A DNA stretch of 63,885 nt, counting the filler, from Craspedostauros australis (taxonomy: Eukaryota): assembly GCA_030167865.1 (NCBI GenBank). It is 7 parts of 7 records of this genome, joined end to end, with 100 filler letters (N's around TTAATTAATTAA, not from the genome) between each part and the next. Parts side by side here need not be neighbours in the genome. Positions count along the whole stretch, not along the records: positions 20,016 to 44,671 come from JALAGF010005965.1; 6 more parts are not named here. One strand, given 5' to 3'. Of the stretch, positions 20,147-31,580 are shown one piece after another (position 1 is the stretch's first letter; the number at the start of each line of letters is the position of its first letter). Both the position numbers and the translations under genes were made by a program. Below the pieces are notes generated by a model. That model was given only the letters and a program-made list of their open reading frames with translations. It had not been told where the DNA came from and searched no databases.

Positions 20147-21837
20147 GTTTGTATTGTGGTGTGCGGTGGTGAGTTCATTGTTGAGGATATTGCTCGTGCG
20201 CATTGGCAACACGAACAAGAAGCCAAGTGAAAGCAGATTGAATACCATGAGACGGTTTCAAAAGAGAACGTGGGTGATAGATGGGATGAAGTGAGGTGTG
20301 GAGTGCAATGCAGTGCACGAGAGTATCTTGAGACAGAATGGAGCAGTCAGGAAGGTGGTTGCTCGGAGGCTTGAATGGGCAACGTCTTGGTCCAGTACTT
20401 GATAATAGTTGTCACTTGCTACTTGCTACTTGCTCATTTGGTGCCTCGATACCAACAGTTCGGTGGCTCGCTTGGTTCGTCTGGAGATGTTTGAAGTTAT
20501 GCCGCGTTTCCACATTTTATGGTAGGATGTCATGAAGGGTGACTTTTTATGTCGCTTGTTTCTGCTTGTTTGGGTTGATCAAGAACGTTGTTGCTAGTGG
20601 CGGTATCAGTGTGGATAGGGGTGTATTGACTCGACTGTGTGCCGTGCTTTATACTGTTGGCATCCGTGAGCGTGGGCGGAAATGCAACTATCACCGTGGA
20701 TGTCAGCGTGGACACGCATGTGTGTGTAATAGTTGTGATGTTGGCTTTCGTGCACATGCATGGTATGGCACCATGGAGTATTCACAGCCTGAAAGCGTCG
20801 ATCGGATCGTGTGGGACTGTTTCTGCTGCCTTGCCGAGTGGAATGAGCTTCTTCGTCCGTTCACGTGTCGGCCGTTGAACGCCATTGTCTCCTTCCCACA
20901 CGATAGACATCGGATACGCGTGCCGTGCAGATGTGATGTGGATCAACAACACTTGTGCTCGCAGAGTGATGATATTTGTTTGATCGTGGAGACAAGATTC
21001 GCAACGGTGGTCCTTGGCTTATCGAACCTCGCGGAGTACACCTTGCTTCAGTGTCATCTCATGGTCGGTCGGAGTTTGGTGAGTTGGACATCATCTGATG
21101 CCGCGAGCAGGACGGAGTCGGCACTCATCAGCCGTCTCCACTGGCTCATTCTTTGCACGAGTAGGTCGTATAACATCACACACGACTACTCTACTCCACT
21201 CTCCATGTGTGCTACGTGAGTGTCACACTACTTCTCCGTTGGAACAATGATTGGTGGAGTACTAAACGTATGAGACAAGTATGTGCGTTCTCGCATGTTT
21301 GGTATTGTACGATGATCGTCTCTGCTCATTGTCCGCATCGGTTTGCCTGGAGCCAACATCTCTCGTGGTCACCATCTCCGCACCCTCTTCTTGTTTTGTT
21401 GGGGCGTCAATACCATTCACGATGCGGTTAGTCGTGGTTGACTATTGACTCGTCGGATTCAACGATCAAGCCAGCATCAACACACACAGAAAAACAAAGA
21501 GAAAGTGCCAAGAGACACCACAACAACAACAACCACACACCCCAACACAATCTCCAATGATCCGCAACAAGGCCACAAGATCGACTAGAGTGGGTCGTAA
21601 ATATTCCTTTGATCCAACACTCGCAATAGGAGCAGATAGACGTACCTCCGCGATACACGTACGACAAGCTCATCTTGGTTGCGCCTGAACGACGAATCCC
21701 CGCAAGCCATCTGCTACGACTGCGCAGAAGAGCGCGACGCAAGGACGAACACCGGAACTCCGAGAGCATCGTCACAGCAGCCGGTCTGACAGAATTCATT
21801 CACAGCCGCCGACCGCAATCGTCAGGCACAACCGATC

Positions 21838-22837
21838 ATGTCCGCCAACAGCCAAGTGCTGCTGTTTGTGATTGTGGGACAGAATGAACCACTCTACGAG
21901 GCAGAAATAACGAAGCGAGGAGCAGCAGGAAATTCGGATGCCGTCGCACGGCAGAACTACTTCGTGGTGCATTCCGCGCTGGATTTGGTGGAGAAGGCGG
22001 TTTGGACGACGCAGAGCGTGAGTGTTCTGTGTTGGGTTGGACGGATTTCGATGGATGGTTTGCGAGCTGAGAACGGAGCTGACAACGATGCGGGTACTGA
22101 AAATGCAAGCGGTTGTGTTTTGGCGGTTGAAACATGATGCGCCGCGCCGAACCGCACTCACAGTCTCCTTACATTTCTTCCATTGCGTTGTTGGCACTCT
22201 CCCATTTGTGACCGTATTTATGCTTGTCTGGCCATATAGATGTACCTGAGAGTGGTGGATAAGGTACGTACGATCGAACGATTGATTGATTGATTGATTG
22301 ATAGACTGTGTGCAGTGGTCTCCACTTGCTATGGAGTGGGATGGAGTGGGATGGAGTGGCATGGAATGGAATGAATGTTCCACTGACAGGTTCGAAGCTT
22401 GTCACAACGATGATGATGATGACGATGACGATGATGTACGCTTCTCATTATGGCGAAGCCAGAGAGCCTTTCCACGCAGACACTGACGATGCGCAATCCA
22501 AACTCCACCTCCATCGCATGAGCAATTGAACGAAATACGATGAATGTAATGTCACCAACTTGACGCAACGCACAACGGCGCCAAACCGCCATCCTCCGCA
22601 ATGACGAACAAACAGGTGAACCATCAGCAAGTTTCGGCGTTCCAAACGGCAGGGAACATAAAATTCATGCTGCTGCATGCGGGAAAGAGCGACGATACGA
22701 TCCGAAACTTCTTCAACGAGGTGTACGAGTTGTACGTGAAGGTGTCCATGAACCCATTCTACCATTACGACACCCCTATCACATCGAAAGAATTCGACAA
22801 GCGCGTGAGATCTGTTGCGAGGCGGTACTTGGCTTGA
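21838..22837 (+). CDS. TRAPPC2: Trafficking protein particle complex subunit 2 (sedlin); exons 21838-22017, 22240-22263, 22616-22837
   Basis: Spliced product FVIVGQNEPLYEAE..FVVHSALDLVE..MYLRVVDK|VNHQQVSAFQTAGNIKFMLLH..IRNFFNEVYELYVKVSMNPFY..FDKRV, with GT-AG boundaries in phase. Confidence 0.93.
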
Positions 22838-23649
22838 GCAAGAATACCAATACATACATGCGCATCCAGACAGAGAGAGAGATCCTTGATACCCAATAGA
22901 ATGGTACCACACACGATTGGTGCTCTGTTCGCGGAAGAACACTCGATCATGCACTCGATCACTCTGCTCGATGCAACACTACTATTAGACCGCACTGGTC
23001 CGCTCATATCATTCGTATAATATTACAGTAGTGTCTTTGGTATGGCATGACGGGAACACTGTACGTATCTGTAGCAGTAGAGTGGCTCGTCCTCGCAGCA
23101 AGAGCATTTTGCAGTGTGCGTGCTGGATCGTTGTAGATGGGAGTTGGGGTGTTGTCGTGAGTTGTGTTTGGGTCATTCTGGGGCCATTTTGTCATTGGCA
23201 CAACTACCATGTCCACAGAATCCACCAACGCAACATCCAACACGAAATCCAACAACTGCGTGAACCACCACAAAACAAGAGGCGAAGACATCAACATCCA
23301 TCACAGAGCACAGTTTCATCGGCGGAAAGGAGAGCAGTATCAGCCATTCTCTTAGCAGACGTCCACTAGGAGTTAATACTATTATACTTACAACAATAGA
23401 GAGGTGCCATCATCAACGAGTGCCCAACATCGGCCTTCGTCTTGATTGACTTCGAATTACGTGCAGAACAACCATCACCAACGATCCAAGCGGAGGAGAA
23501 CCAGGAAACGCCAAAGATCCAAGAGTCTTTTCAAAGGCGAGAATTCCAATCATCAGATCCTGTTGCAAATCCTTTTTCCTGTCATTTGGAGACAACTTTA
23601 ACGCACACTTCCCCAACCAAACCAATCGCATCAATAAAGCATCGCCACC

Positions 23650-25914
23650 ATGAGCTCCAACGCCGACGATGTTGTCGAAGCGGGAGCTGCTGCCGACGAG
23701 ACCACAGACGACGCCGCGGATGTTGCTGTGGACGAAAGTGATGCCAATACCGACGGGGATGCCGAAGCAAAATCGGAGACAATCGAAGATGCAGCCGCAG
23801 CCGAGAATGAGAATGGGGACGAAACAACGACAGCAGTTGAAGCGGCAGCGGAAGCTGAGAACGAAGGTGCAGATGCCGACATCAACGGCGATGGGAACGG
23901 GAGCGTAGAAGCAGAAGAGGCCGTTGATGTAAGCGAGGGCGTAGGCGATGAGCATACGAGTACAGACGAAGCCGGAGACGCCAACGCAAACAAAGACGAG
24001 AAAGCAGAACCAGAAAAAGAGGCAGAACAAGAAGAAAACACACACGCAGAAGAGGCCGCGAATCAAGAAACAGGTGCAGACGTTGCCGCAGTTGTCCATG
24101 CAGACGCCGTGGCAGGCGAAGTCGAAACCGTCAATACGGATGCTGATGGAGGTGAAGACGCCGATCCAGGCGCAGACGCAGAAGAAGGGGGAGAGCAGGC
24201 TGCAGCTGAAGTCACAGATGTCGCCACAGACGCTACAGCAAACAACAACGGCAATGGCGATGGAAAGACAGACGAGACTACCGATGCCGACGAAGGCGCG
24301 AAGGAGGGAACGGTTACAGATAGAAGTGTTGACGTCAACGGTGATGCCAACGCAGATACAGTCATCAATACAAACGGTGATGCAAGTGCACAAAACGAGG
24401 AATATGCGGATCCAAACGAAAGCGAGGATGCAGCTGACGATGCAAACACAGAGGAGGCATCCGAGCTTGCCAAGCCACCCATCGTCGAGATTGGACCGTC
24501 GGAGGACGGCAACACGGAACGTGCCAACGCCAAACCCAAGCTCCCGATGATCAAGGTGCCGGCGGTCGAGACATGGTCGGAAGTCACGGGCAGCGACACC
24601 ACCGAACCATCCCGCGAAACGTGCACCAAGGTCTACCAACACGCCCAGCGAGTCCTCGATAAACGATTCGCCGAGGCTTCGACGGACCGCCTGGATATCC
24701 ACCAATTTGAAACCTCACTACCGAGGTTCTGGAACTCGGAATTGGTGATTGGGCGCAGGCTCGCACACGGGAACTTTGCAGACATCTACACCATCCGCTC
24801 GTATGCCGAATCCGCGACGCCCAAAGCGGAGCGCGAGAAGGCGAACGGTGAAAACAAGGCGAACAACAACGGCGATAGCGTCGGAGCAAAGGGCAAGAGG
24901 ATGGACCTGAGCGATGGATTCGAGGACGGCAGCAGCCCGAGCGATCACAGCAACAAAGGCAGCGCCGTAGATGGTGGCAAGGATTATCCCAGCGACGACT
25001 TTGGGAGCGAGGAATTGGGGGATAACTGCTCCACAGCATTGTCGCTGATGAAGACCTGCCCTGCCAACGAGCTGGTCATCAAGGTGTTGCGACCGCACCT
25101 GCTGTCCAATCCCCGCATGTACGCCACCGGCGCAGCAGATCTGGTCGTGGAGGGCACCATCTTGGCAACGCTGCGCGATCACCCGCACATCCAGAAAATC
25201 AAGGGCCGGTCGATGGCATCCATCGACGGGTACTTGTCGGGCCGCCGTGATTCCTTCTTCCTCGTGCTGGGCCGTTTGCAGAACGGCACGCTCGACGACG
25301 CCCTGGTCGACTGGACCCAGCGCTCCAAGTTCAACTCCATTGGATTGGGCTTCGGCAAGGACAAGCGCAACCGCAAGGGCCCGCTGCTGCTGGAGCGAAT
25401 ACGCGTCATGAAGCAGCTGGCGGATGCCATGGCCTACCTGCATTCCAAGCGCGTCATCCACCGCGATTTGAAGCTCTCCAACATCGGTTTGGATAAGAAG
25501 AAGGGGGTTCGTTTGTTCGACTTTGGGTTGGCACGCATCGTGCCATTCGACCCCCAGGATTCGCGTCGCATGTACAACATGACGGGGCAGACGGGATCTC
25601 CACGGTACATGGCGCCCGAAGTGTCGATGGGGAAGCCGTACAATCTGCAGGCCGACGTGTACTCGTACTCTATCGTGCTGCACGAGGTGATGAGCCTGGC
25701 CAGGGCATGGAAGGGATCCAAACCCGCCGACATCATCGAGAAGGTGTGCAACAAGAAGCAACGTCCCACGTTGTCCATGTTCTGGCCAGTGGCGGTGCGC
25801 GATCTGCTGAAGCAGACCTGGTCCGACGCGCCGTCCGCGAGGTTGGCAATGGAGCACGTGCACACCATCCTGGAACAGTACGAGAAGCAATTGGAAACAA
25901 CGATGGCGCAATAG
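23650..25914 (+). CDS. Protein kinase (TKL-like, diatom-expanded type) with a ~270-aa acidic N-terminal extension
   Basis: Motifs LAHGNF, LVIK, HRDLKLSNIG, LFDFGLAR, TGSPRYMAPE, DVYSYSI. Confidence 0.92.
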   Translation: MSSNADDVVEAGAAADETTDDAADVAVDESDANTDGDAEAKSETIEDAAAAENENGDETTTAVEAAAEAENEGADADINGDGNGSVEAEEAVDVSEGVGDEHTSTDEAGDANANKDEKAEPEKEAEQEENTHAEEAANQETGADVAAVVHADAVAGEVETVNTDADGGEDADPGADAEEGGEQAAAEVTDVATDATANNNGNGDGKTDETTDADEGAKEGTVTDRSVDVNGDANADTVINTNGDASAQNEEYADPNESEDAADDANTEEASELAKPPIVEIGPSEDGNTERANAKPKLPMIKVPAVETWSEVTGSDTTEPSRETCTKVYQHAQRVLDKRFAEASTDRLDIHQFETSLPRFWNSELVIGRRLAHGNFADIYTIRSYAESATPKAEREKANGENKANNNGDSVGAKGKRMDLSDGFEDGSSPSDHSNKGSAVDGGKDYPSDDFGSEELGDNCSTALSLMKTCPANELVIKVLRPHLLSNPRMYATGAADLVVEGTILATLRDHPHIQKIKGRSMASIDGYLSGRRDSFFLVLGRLQNGTLDDALVDWTQRSKFNSIGLGFGKDKRNRKGPLLLERIRVMKQLADAMAYLHSKRVIHRDLKLSNIGLDKKKGVRLFDFGLARIVPFDPQDSRRMYNMTGQTGSPRYMAPEVSMGKPYNLQADVYSYSIVLHEVMSLARAWKGSKPADIIEKVCNKKQRPTLSMFWPVAVRDLLKQTWSDAPSARLAMEHVHTILEQYEKQLETTMAQ

Positions 25915-26181
25915 GGAAGTTATGTGACACCAGCTATTCGTGCAGCATGGTGCGGGCGCCACTCGATTGAATTCCTCACACATCACACACGAGGGCTCGG
26001 GACAGGACTGCGGATGGAAGCACGGCACGGCACGGCATGGTACAGTGCATATGGTCCAGGTCGGTACAGTTCGGCACCACACAGAAACCAATCAACGCTT
26101 TGGGAAATGCGTTGTTACGAAATTGGCAGATGCCGAGGGAAATATTTGTTCATGAAATGATTTGTTATGATCGATGTGAGT

Positions 26182-26808
26182 CTACTTCTTAAAGTAAGAT
26201 GATCGGCTACGTTCGATCTCCTTCTTGGCGCGTGCGCCCGACTGAAGTCCCAGCATTGACTCTGTTGAGTGGCATTGCGTAGTTGTGGTCGTTGTTGTTG
26301 ATTGTTCGAAAGTGGAGATGTTGCAGAAGTGGTTGGATTCGAGGAGAAGCACAGCATTGAATGAAATTGACAGATGTTGGCAAGACTGTGAGGAACAAGA
26401 TGCTCTGTTGGCCTCAGCATTCGGGGAGACTGCAGCACGATCGTGGGGTGTCGGTCGTGCAATCCATGTTCACGTCCACGCACTACGAGCAGAGACCGGA
26501 TGAGCAAACAGCGTACCTTCATCAATGACATTGCCCAAACTGCCAGTCAGCAGACCGACGCCGACCAACAGTACCAGGGCGAAGACCGCTGGCACCCAGA
26601 CGGGTGGCAATTCGGCAACTTCGTAATCCTCCATGGCCACCATCAGGGATGGCTGTTGCTGCAGGACGTTGGTGACGACCGCCGATGGCACGGTTGTGGT
26701 TGCTGCGGCTGCAGCCTGCTGCAGGAGGGGCGAGAAGGCCTCCACGACAGTGCCGGTGGAAAGGATGGCGACGCAGCAAGCGACGAACATGAACGATGAT
26801 GGGAACAT
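26182..26808 (-). CDS. Small plastid-targeted single-TM protein; exons 26808-26517 and 26261-26182
   Basis: Signal peptide ending VEA-FSP (ASAFAP-like) plus a transit-like region. Mature part YEVAELPPVWVPAVFALVLLVGVGLLTGSLGNVIDE|ESMLGLQSGARAKKEIERSRSSYFKK, with an in-phase GT-AG intron. Confidence 0.8.
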
Positions 26809-27298
26809 GGTTTGTCGACTGCAATAGTATTGATGGAGAATAGTAGTTGGTTGGTTTCGTTGGTGGTCGCTGGAGTTGGAGTTGGAGTTGGAGTCGGGGA
26901 AAGTCGATCTTCAGGTTGCTTTGGGTTGTGTTGCTCAGCTCTTTCGAAACCATTTTGGTGTCAATCCTCGTTGACCGTGATGTCATGTTGTTGAGGTTGT
27001 TCTCTTTGATGACGTTGAGTTTGCTCATTTCTCTCTTCTTCAAAGTTTTTGGGGGAGAGCCACTATTAGGGGATTCCTTCGCCCCCAATGATATCGTATC
27101 CCCCTTTCTCATCCAAAGGATTCCCACCAACCAAAAAATGAGCAACTCCGCAATCATCACAATTCTGCAGACTTCCGCAGCTTCGTCGTCTATTCACAGG
27201 TGATACAAAGGAGGGCGATCATACTCGCACTGCTACTCCTAATTGCAACCAACAAGTGCCTATGTAGCGATCCGAGAAGGGGCGACATCGAGGAGAGC

Positions 27299-28948
27299 AT
27301 GCGGTCAATCGCATCAGACATTCCGTCCGAGATGGACTCCAAGCAAGATCCACCAACAAACGCAGAGATGAAGCAGGATGGACAGCAACGTGCGCCGTCT
27401 GCACCTACTGCGGGACCATCCGAAGAAGCCAAACAGGAAGGAGCATCACCGCAAGGAAGTTCAATCTCAAAGGAACTGCGAGACTTCTATGCACAGCAGA
27501 ATGTGCACATCGGTAGCGGCGGTCCTGCCAATCAGGGTGGTAGCAGCATGGCAACTCAGCCGTTGCGTTTCGTGCGTTTCAATCCACGCTTTGATGAAAT
27601 CGAGACTCTGAAGTTGCTGCAGGCAGAGTTGGAGGAACAACCGCATGATTCCCAATCGAATGCTGCTGCCAAGGCGCAAGTGGAGAGGGTGGAGTGGTTG
27701 GACGCCATCTGTGGTTTTTATGCGTTGCCAGGACAATTTCCGATGTCCCAATCGCAGTGCTTTCGATCAGGACGCATCTACGGAATGGATGTGAGTTCCG
27801 GTGCGGCTGTGGCTGCGTTGCTCTTTGATCAGTATGATAGTGAGGAGGATACTGGCAGCAATGGAGAGGATGCTGGGATCACCAGTGACAACAACGAAGG
27901 AGACGGGAGTGGACTGGAAGAGGAACGGATATTGGACATGTGCTGCTGTCCAGGATTGAAGCTCTGTTTTATGGCCGACATCGTGCAGCAGCGGCGGCGG
28001 CAGCCACAAAGCCAACCACGAAACCAGACAATCGACAGTGCAACGAATACAACCATCGTCGGCGTTGACATTTCAGAAAACCGAATGGCGCTGTGCAAGC
28101 GGATCATCAACAAGTATCTGATCGATCCATCGACGTCAGGTCAAGCAGAAGAGCAACAGCAACAACAACAACAACAGCAGCAGTCGCCACAGGCGAATCC
28201 ATCCCAAGAGGCAGGCACCACATCGGAACGGCCACCCAAACAGCCTCGCTTCCCTCACAGCCCGATACCCAAAATACGATTGTATTGTCAGGATGGAACG
28301 ACGTTCGGCACATCCACACACACGCCACCCAACAGCCTCATCTTCGATGCTTCCATCGCTCGCGATGAATTTAAGCATCGCGGTAAGCGCAAGCGCATGA
28401 ACAAGAGCGCGCGTGCAAGAGAACGCAAACGACTGAAGCAAGCGGCTGATGATGACTTCACTCCGTTAGGTACAAGCAGCAACGTCAACATGAAGCTGTT
28501 TGACAAGGTCCTCGTGGACGCAGAATGCAGCACGGACGGTTCGTGGAAGCATCTGGAGCAAAAGCTCAAAGCAGCCAACAACATGACGAGCGATCCCGTT
28601 CACAATTCCCTTCTCACCAATCCGGCGCAATTGTCCGAATTGGTGAAGCTGCAGAAAAAGTTGATTTGGTCCGGGTACCGATTGTTGAAGGAAGGCGGGA
28701 CGATGGTGTACTCCACCTGCTCCTTGTCGCAGGATCAGAATGAGCACGTCGTGTCGTGGCTGTTGCAACAGGAGACGGTGTCGGCTCGGATCGTGCCTGT
28801 TCGGTTCGACAAAGCGAGGAATTCCAAGTTGGTGGGGGAAGGCAGTCTGCCGGGAACTGTCCGATTTCAACCAAGTTTGGGGGACACGAAGGAGCACTTT
28901 GGAGGTGGATTCTTTTTGGCCAAGATACGGAAGATCAAGACTGGATGA
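27299..28948 (+). CDS. NOL1/NOP2/Sun (RsmB/RsmF-type) RNA m5C methyltransferase (start uncertain, 27200-27331)
   Basis: Motifs IYGMDVSS, ILDMCCCPGLK, VGVD, VLVDAECSTDG, VYSTCS..QNE.VV, GGFFLAKI. Confidence 0.9.
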   Translation: MRSIASDIPSEMDSKQDPPTNAEMKQDGQQRAPSAPTAGPSEEAKQEGASPQGSSISKELRDFYAQQNVHIGSGGPANQGGSSMATQPLRFVRFNPRFDEIETLKLLQAELEEQPHDSQSNAAAKAQVERVEWLDAICGFYALPGQFPMSQSQCFRSGRIYGMDVSSGAAVAALLFDQYDSEEDTGSNGEDAGITSDNNEGDGSGLEEERILDMCCCPGLKLCFMADIVQQRRRQPQSQPRNQTIDSATNTTIVGVDISENRMALCKRIINKYLIDPSTSGQAEEQQQQQQQQQQSPQANPSQEAGTTSERPPKQPRFPHSPIPKIRLYCQDGTTFGTSTHTPPNSLIFDASIARDEFKHRGKRKRMNKSARARERKRLKQAADDDFTPLGTSSNVNMKLFDKVLVDAECSTDGSWKHLEQKLKAANNMTSDPVHNSLLTNPAQLSELVKLQKKLIWSGYRLLKEGGTMVYSTCSLSQDQNEHVVSWLLQQETVSARIVPVRFDKARNSKLVGEGSLPGTVRFQPSLGDTKEHFGGGFFLAKIRKIKTG

Positions 28949-29385
28949 GGGCGTTGCTTGGATGGCGCGTTGAGTATCTATCTATTCTCCAGGGGGGGCG
29001 TTTTCGAACAACGAGACCCTGGCAACAAATAGAAGTCAAGCAGAATACTTTGGCAAATTACAAAAGTGTCACTCTCAGTTTTCGCATCACCAGGAGTAGT
29101 AGACGTATGCGCAGCGCGGTAAAAGTGCAGCATACGAGTGGAATTGGAACGCTCCAGTTGCTGTTCACGCGATTTAAGGTATAGTTACAGGGTGGAATCA
29201 TACATTCATGTGTGTATGCATATTTGAAAATGAATTCGTTGCTTCGTGTCAGAAGATGTACTGGTGGAGTGGCGTATTGACGCAAACAAGCAGAGTAATG
29301 GATGGGAGCGCACCATCCATCCATGCACCCAGTCATTCAGTCAGTCACTACTGCAACCTCTTCCAACGAATGCTCCAGAGCATTT

Positions 29386-30684
29386 TTACGAAATAGGCTT
29401 GCTCCCGAAACGCGATGGATCCGCGCTGGGATAGTACGGTGCCCTCGGACCACCGACCTTCCTGGCTGCGCTCGCACCAGCCCGACGAATGGGCCCGCCA
29501 CCTGGTCGTGGCACTGACGATGATGGACGCGGCACGTTCGACGATCCTCCCTGATTCTGACGACGTGCGGCTGCGATGGCGGCAACCTCCGGTGGCGGGC
29601 GTGCGGCAACCAAACCCTTCGGTATGTTCATGTTGCCAGACATACCACCTGGTGGTGGCAGCGGGCGCGACATGCCATAACGATTGCTTGGCCCCTTGTT
29701 GTGGAATCCACGCGATCCTGCGGTGCCATCTCCTCGCTTGGGCGCTCGTGCCCACGATACGAACAGCTGTCGTCCCGAAAGCTGCGTGCGGTTCATGCTG
29801 GCAATCGCAAGCTCCGTGGCCTCCGGCTGCGTGTACTCCACGAAGGCCTGTCCCTTGTCGGCCTGGAGTCTGACGGAGACGATTTCTCCGAAGGAGTAGA
29901 ACTTGTCGCGAATGTCATCCTCCGACACAGGCGGGTACGGTTTGTCGCCCTGCAAGCGCATGTACAAGGTGGCCTTGGACTTGTTGAGGCCGTTCTTGTC
30001 TGCGTCGTTCTGCTTGGCATCCTTGCGGTCCTGGCGTTCCATGATCTTGTTGGCCACGGGGTCGCTCGTTCCGTAGAAGCGGTCCTTCGTGGTCTGCTTG
30101 GACATGGGGTCGTTGCGATCCCTCGGCATTTCGTGGCGGAACGGACAGCTGGCCCCGCGGTTGCATTCGCCGCGCGCAAAGAAGCTGCAGAGGTTGGCGA
30201 GGTTCCTCTCGTAGCGCGGCTTCATGTTGGCCATGGATTTGAGCTTGGCGACGGCCAGAGCGTTGGCGTCTCCCACGAGGTCCTTGCCTTCCGCAATGGC
30301 CTGCTCCTGCTGGGCCTTGTGCCACGAGCGGTTGGCGTTGGATTGCGGCACGACGGTGGTCGCCGCCGCGCTGCCCGCCTCACGCAGGACCTTGTCGCGC
30401 ACTTGGACCGGCAGACCGTACTGCAGATCGTAGATGCAGACCTGACACACGTTCTTCGCCTGCGCGCAGCTCTTGCAGATCTCCACGCGCTTGAGACGCC
30501 CCTTGGTGCCGGCCTGCCAGGCGAAGACGGTGAAGGGCGCCTCGCAAATCTGGCACTTCTTGCCGTGCTTCTCCTTCGTCATGCGCACGTAAGGGTTGTC
30601 GCCGAGGCAGGTCTCGCAGACCAAAGGGAACTCGCTGTCCTCCCACTTGGCCATGTTGTCGTCTTTCTTGATTTTGGTCGCCAT
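29386..30684 (-). CDS. RBM22: Pre-mRNA splicing factor RBM22/Slt11 (Ecm2)
   Basis: WEDSEFPLVCETCLGDNPYVRMTK, KNVCQVCIYDLQYGLPVQVRD, CCCH finger CSFFARGECNRGASCPFRHE, and a C-terminal RRM. Confidence 0.95.
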   Translation of the reverse strand: MATKIKKDDNMAKWEDSEFPLVCETCLGDNPYVRMTKEKHGKKCQICEAPFTVFAWQAGTKGRLKRVEICKSCAQAKNVCQVCIYDLQYGLPVQVRDKVLREAGSAAATTVVPQSNANRSWHKAQQEQAIAEGKDLVGDANALAVAKLKSMANMKPRYERNLANLCSFFARGECNRGASCPFRHEMPRDRNDPMSKQTTKDRFYGTSDPVANKIMERQDRKDAKQNDADKNGLNKSKATLYMRLQGDKPYPPVSEDDIRDKFYSFGEIVSVRLQADKGQAFVEYTQPEATELAIASMNRTQLSGRQLFVSWARAPKRGDGTAGSRGFHNKGPSNRYGMSRPLPPPGGMSGNMNIPKGLVAARPPPEVAAIAAARRQNQGGSSNVPRPSSSVPRPGGGPIRRAGASAARKVGGPRAPYYPSADPSRFGSKPIS

Positions 30685-31580
30685 GGTCGCGTCGTCTCGA
30701 TTTTATTATGCTTGTGTGCTGCGGCTGCTGTTGCAACTTGGGGTGGACGTGTTCTGCGCGATGGATGATGGATGTGAGGTTGGAATGAGTTGTGCCAATG
30801 TGGAGGGAAGGTCTGCTGTTGGGAGTGGAAGGCGCACTGCGATGATGCAATGCCTTGGATGGGAGGGTTTGGTGGTGTTGCCTGCTTTCTTTCGTTTTTG
30901 CCTTTCACGATTATTTTTGGTTGGGTGTTGTGTGCTCACTTTTTCAACAGCATCAGTCTGTCCTTCTCCCGGCTGTACAGTATCACGAGGTCTCAACGAG
31001 CATCGATGGAGTTCGAAGATGCTCTTTCCAGTATTTACTCCATTGAGTCAAATCGATACATTTATATTTGTCTTAAGGTTTGAATGTTTTTATTAATCTG
31101 CTTGCGCACGCACAGTCGAGACACATGTATCAGGTATTTGGCTCCTTTGGCGAGTTCGATCTCACAAAATCAGCGACAACTCCACTCTTTTCTGTTCTTT
31201 CGCCAAACCATCAGCGGTCACAACACATTCAACAACACATCCAACAGCACATTCAACAGCACGCTCGACAAAGCGCACATCGACTTCGACGTCGCCTTCA
31301 TCCATCTCTCCAACTTCTGGGTGGAGCAGACAGATCGCATTCATCAACTCTGCCAACAACCGAAGTCGAATCATTTACAGCCACACTTGGAGCCGGACCG
31401 CCCTCTTTGCGAGGTCACAAAGTTCCATTGCATTCCATTCCTGCGTCTGCATGGTGCTCTGCACAGCGTCATAAGTACGACGACGAGCAGCATCGAAGTG
31501 CCTCATTCCAAGTTCAGATACGGAGGCCTATCACTGGAGAGTTCAGCAGCAGAGTTGCCTCCTCCTGCTCCAACCCAACC

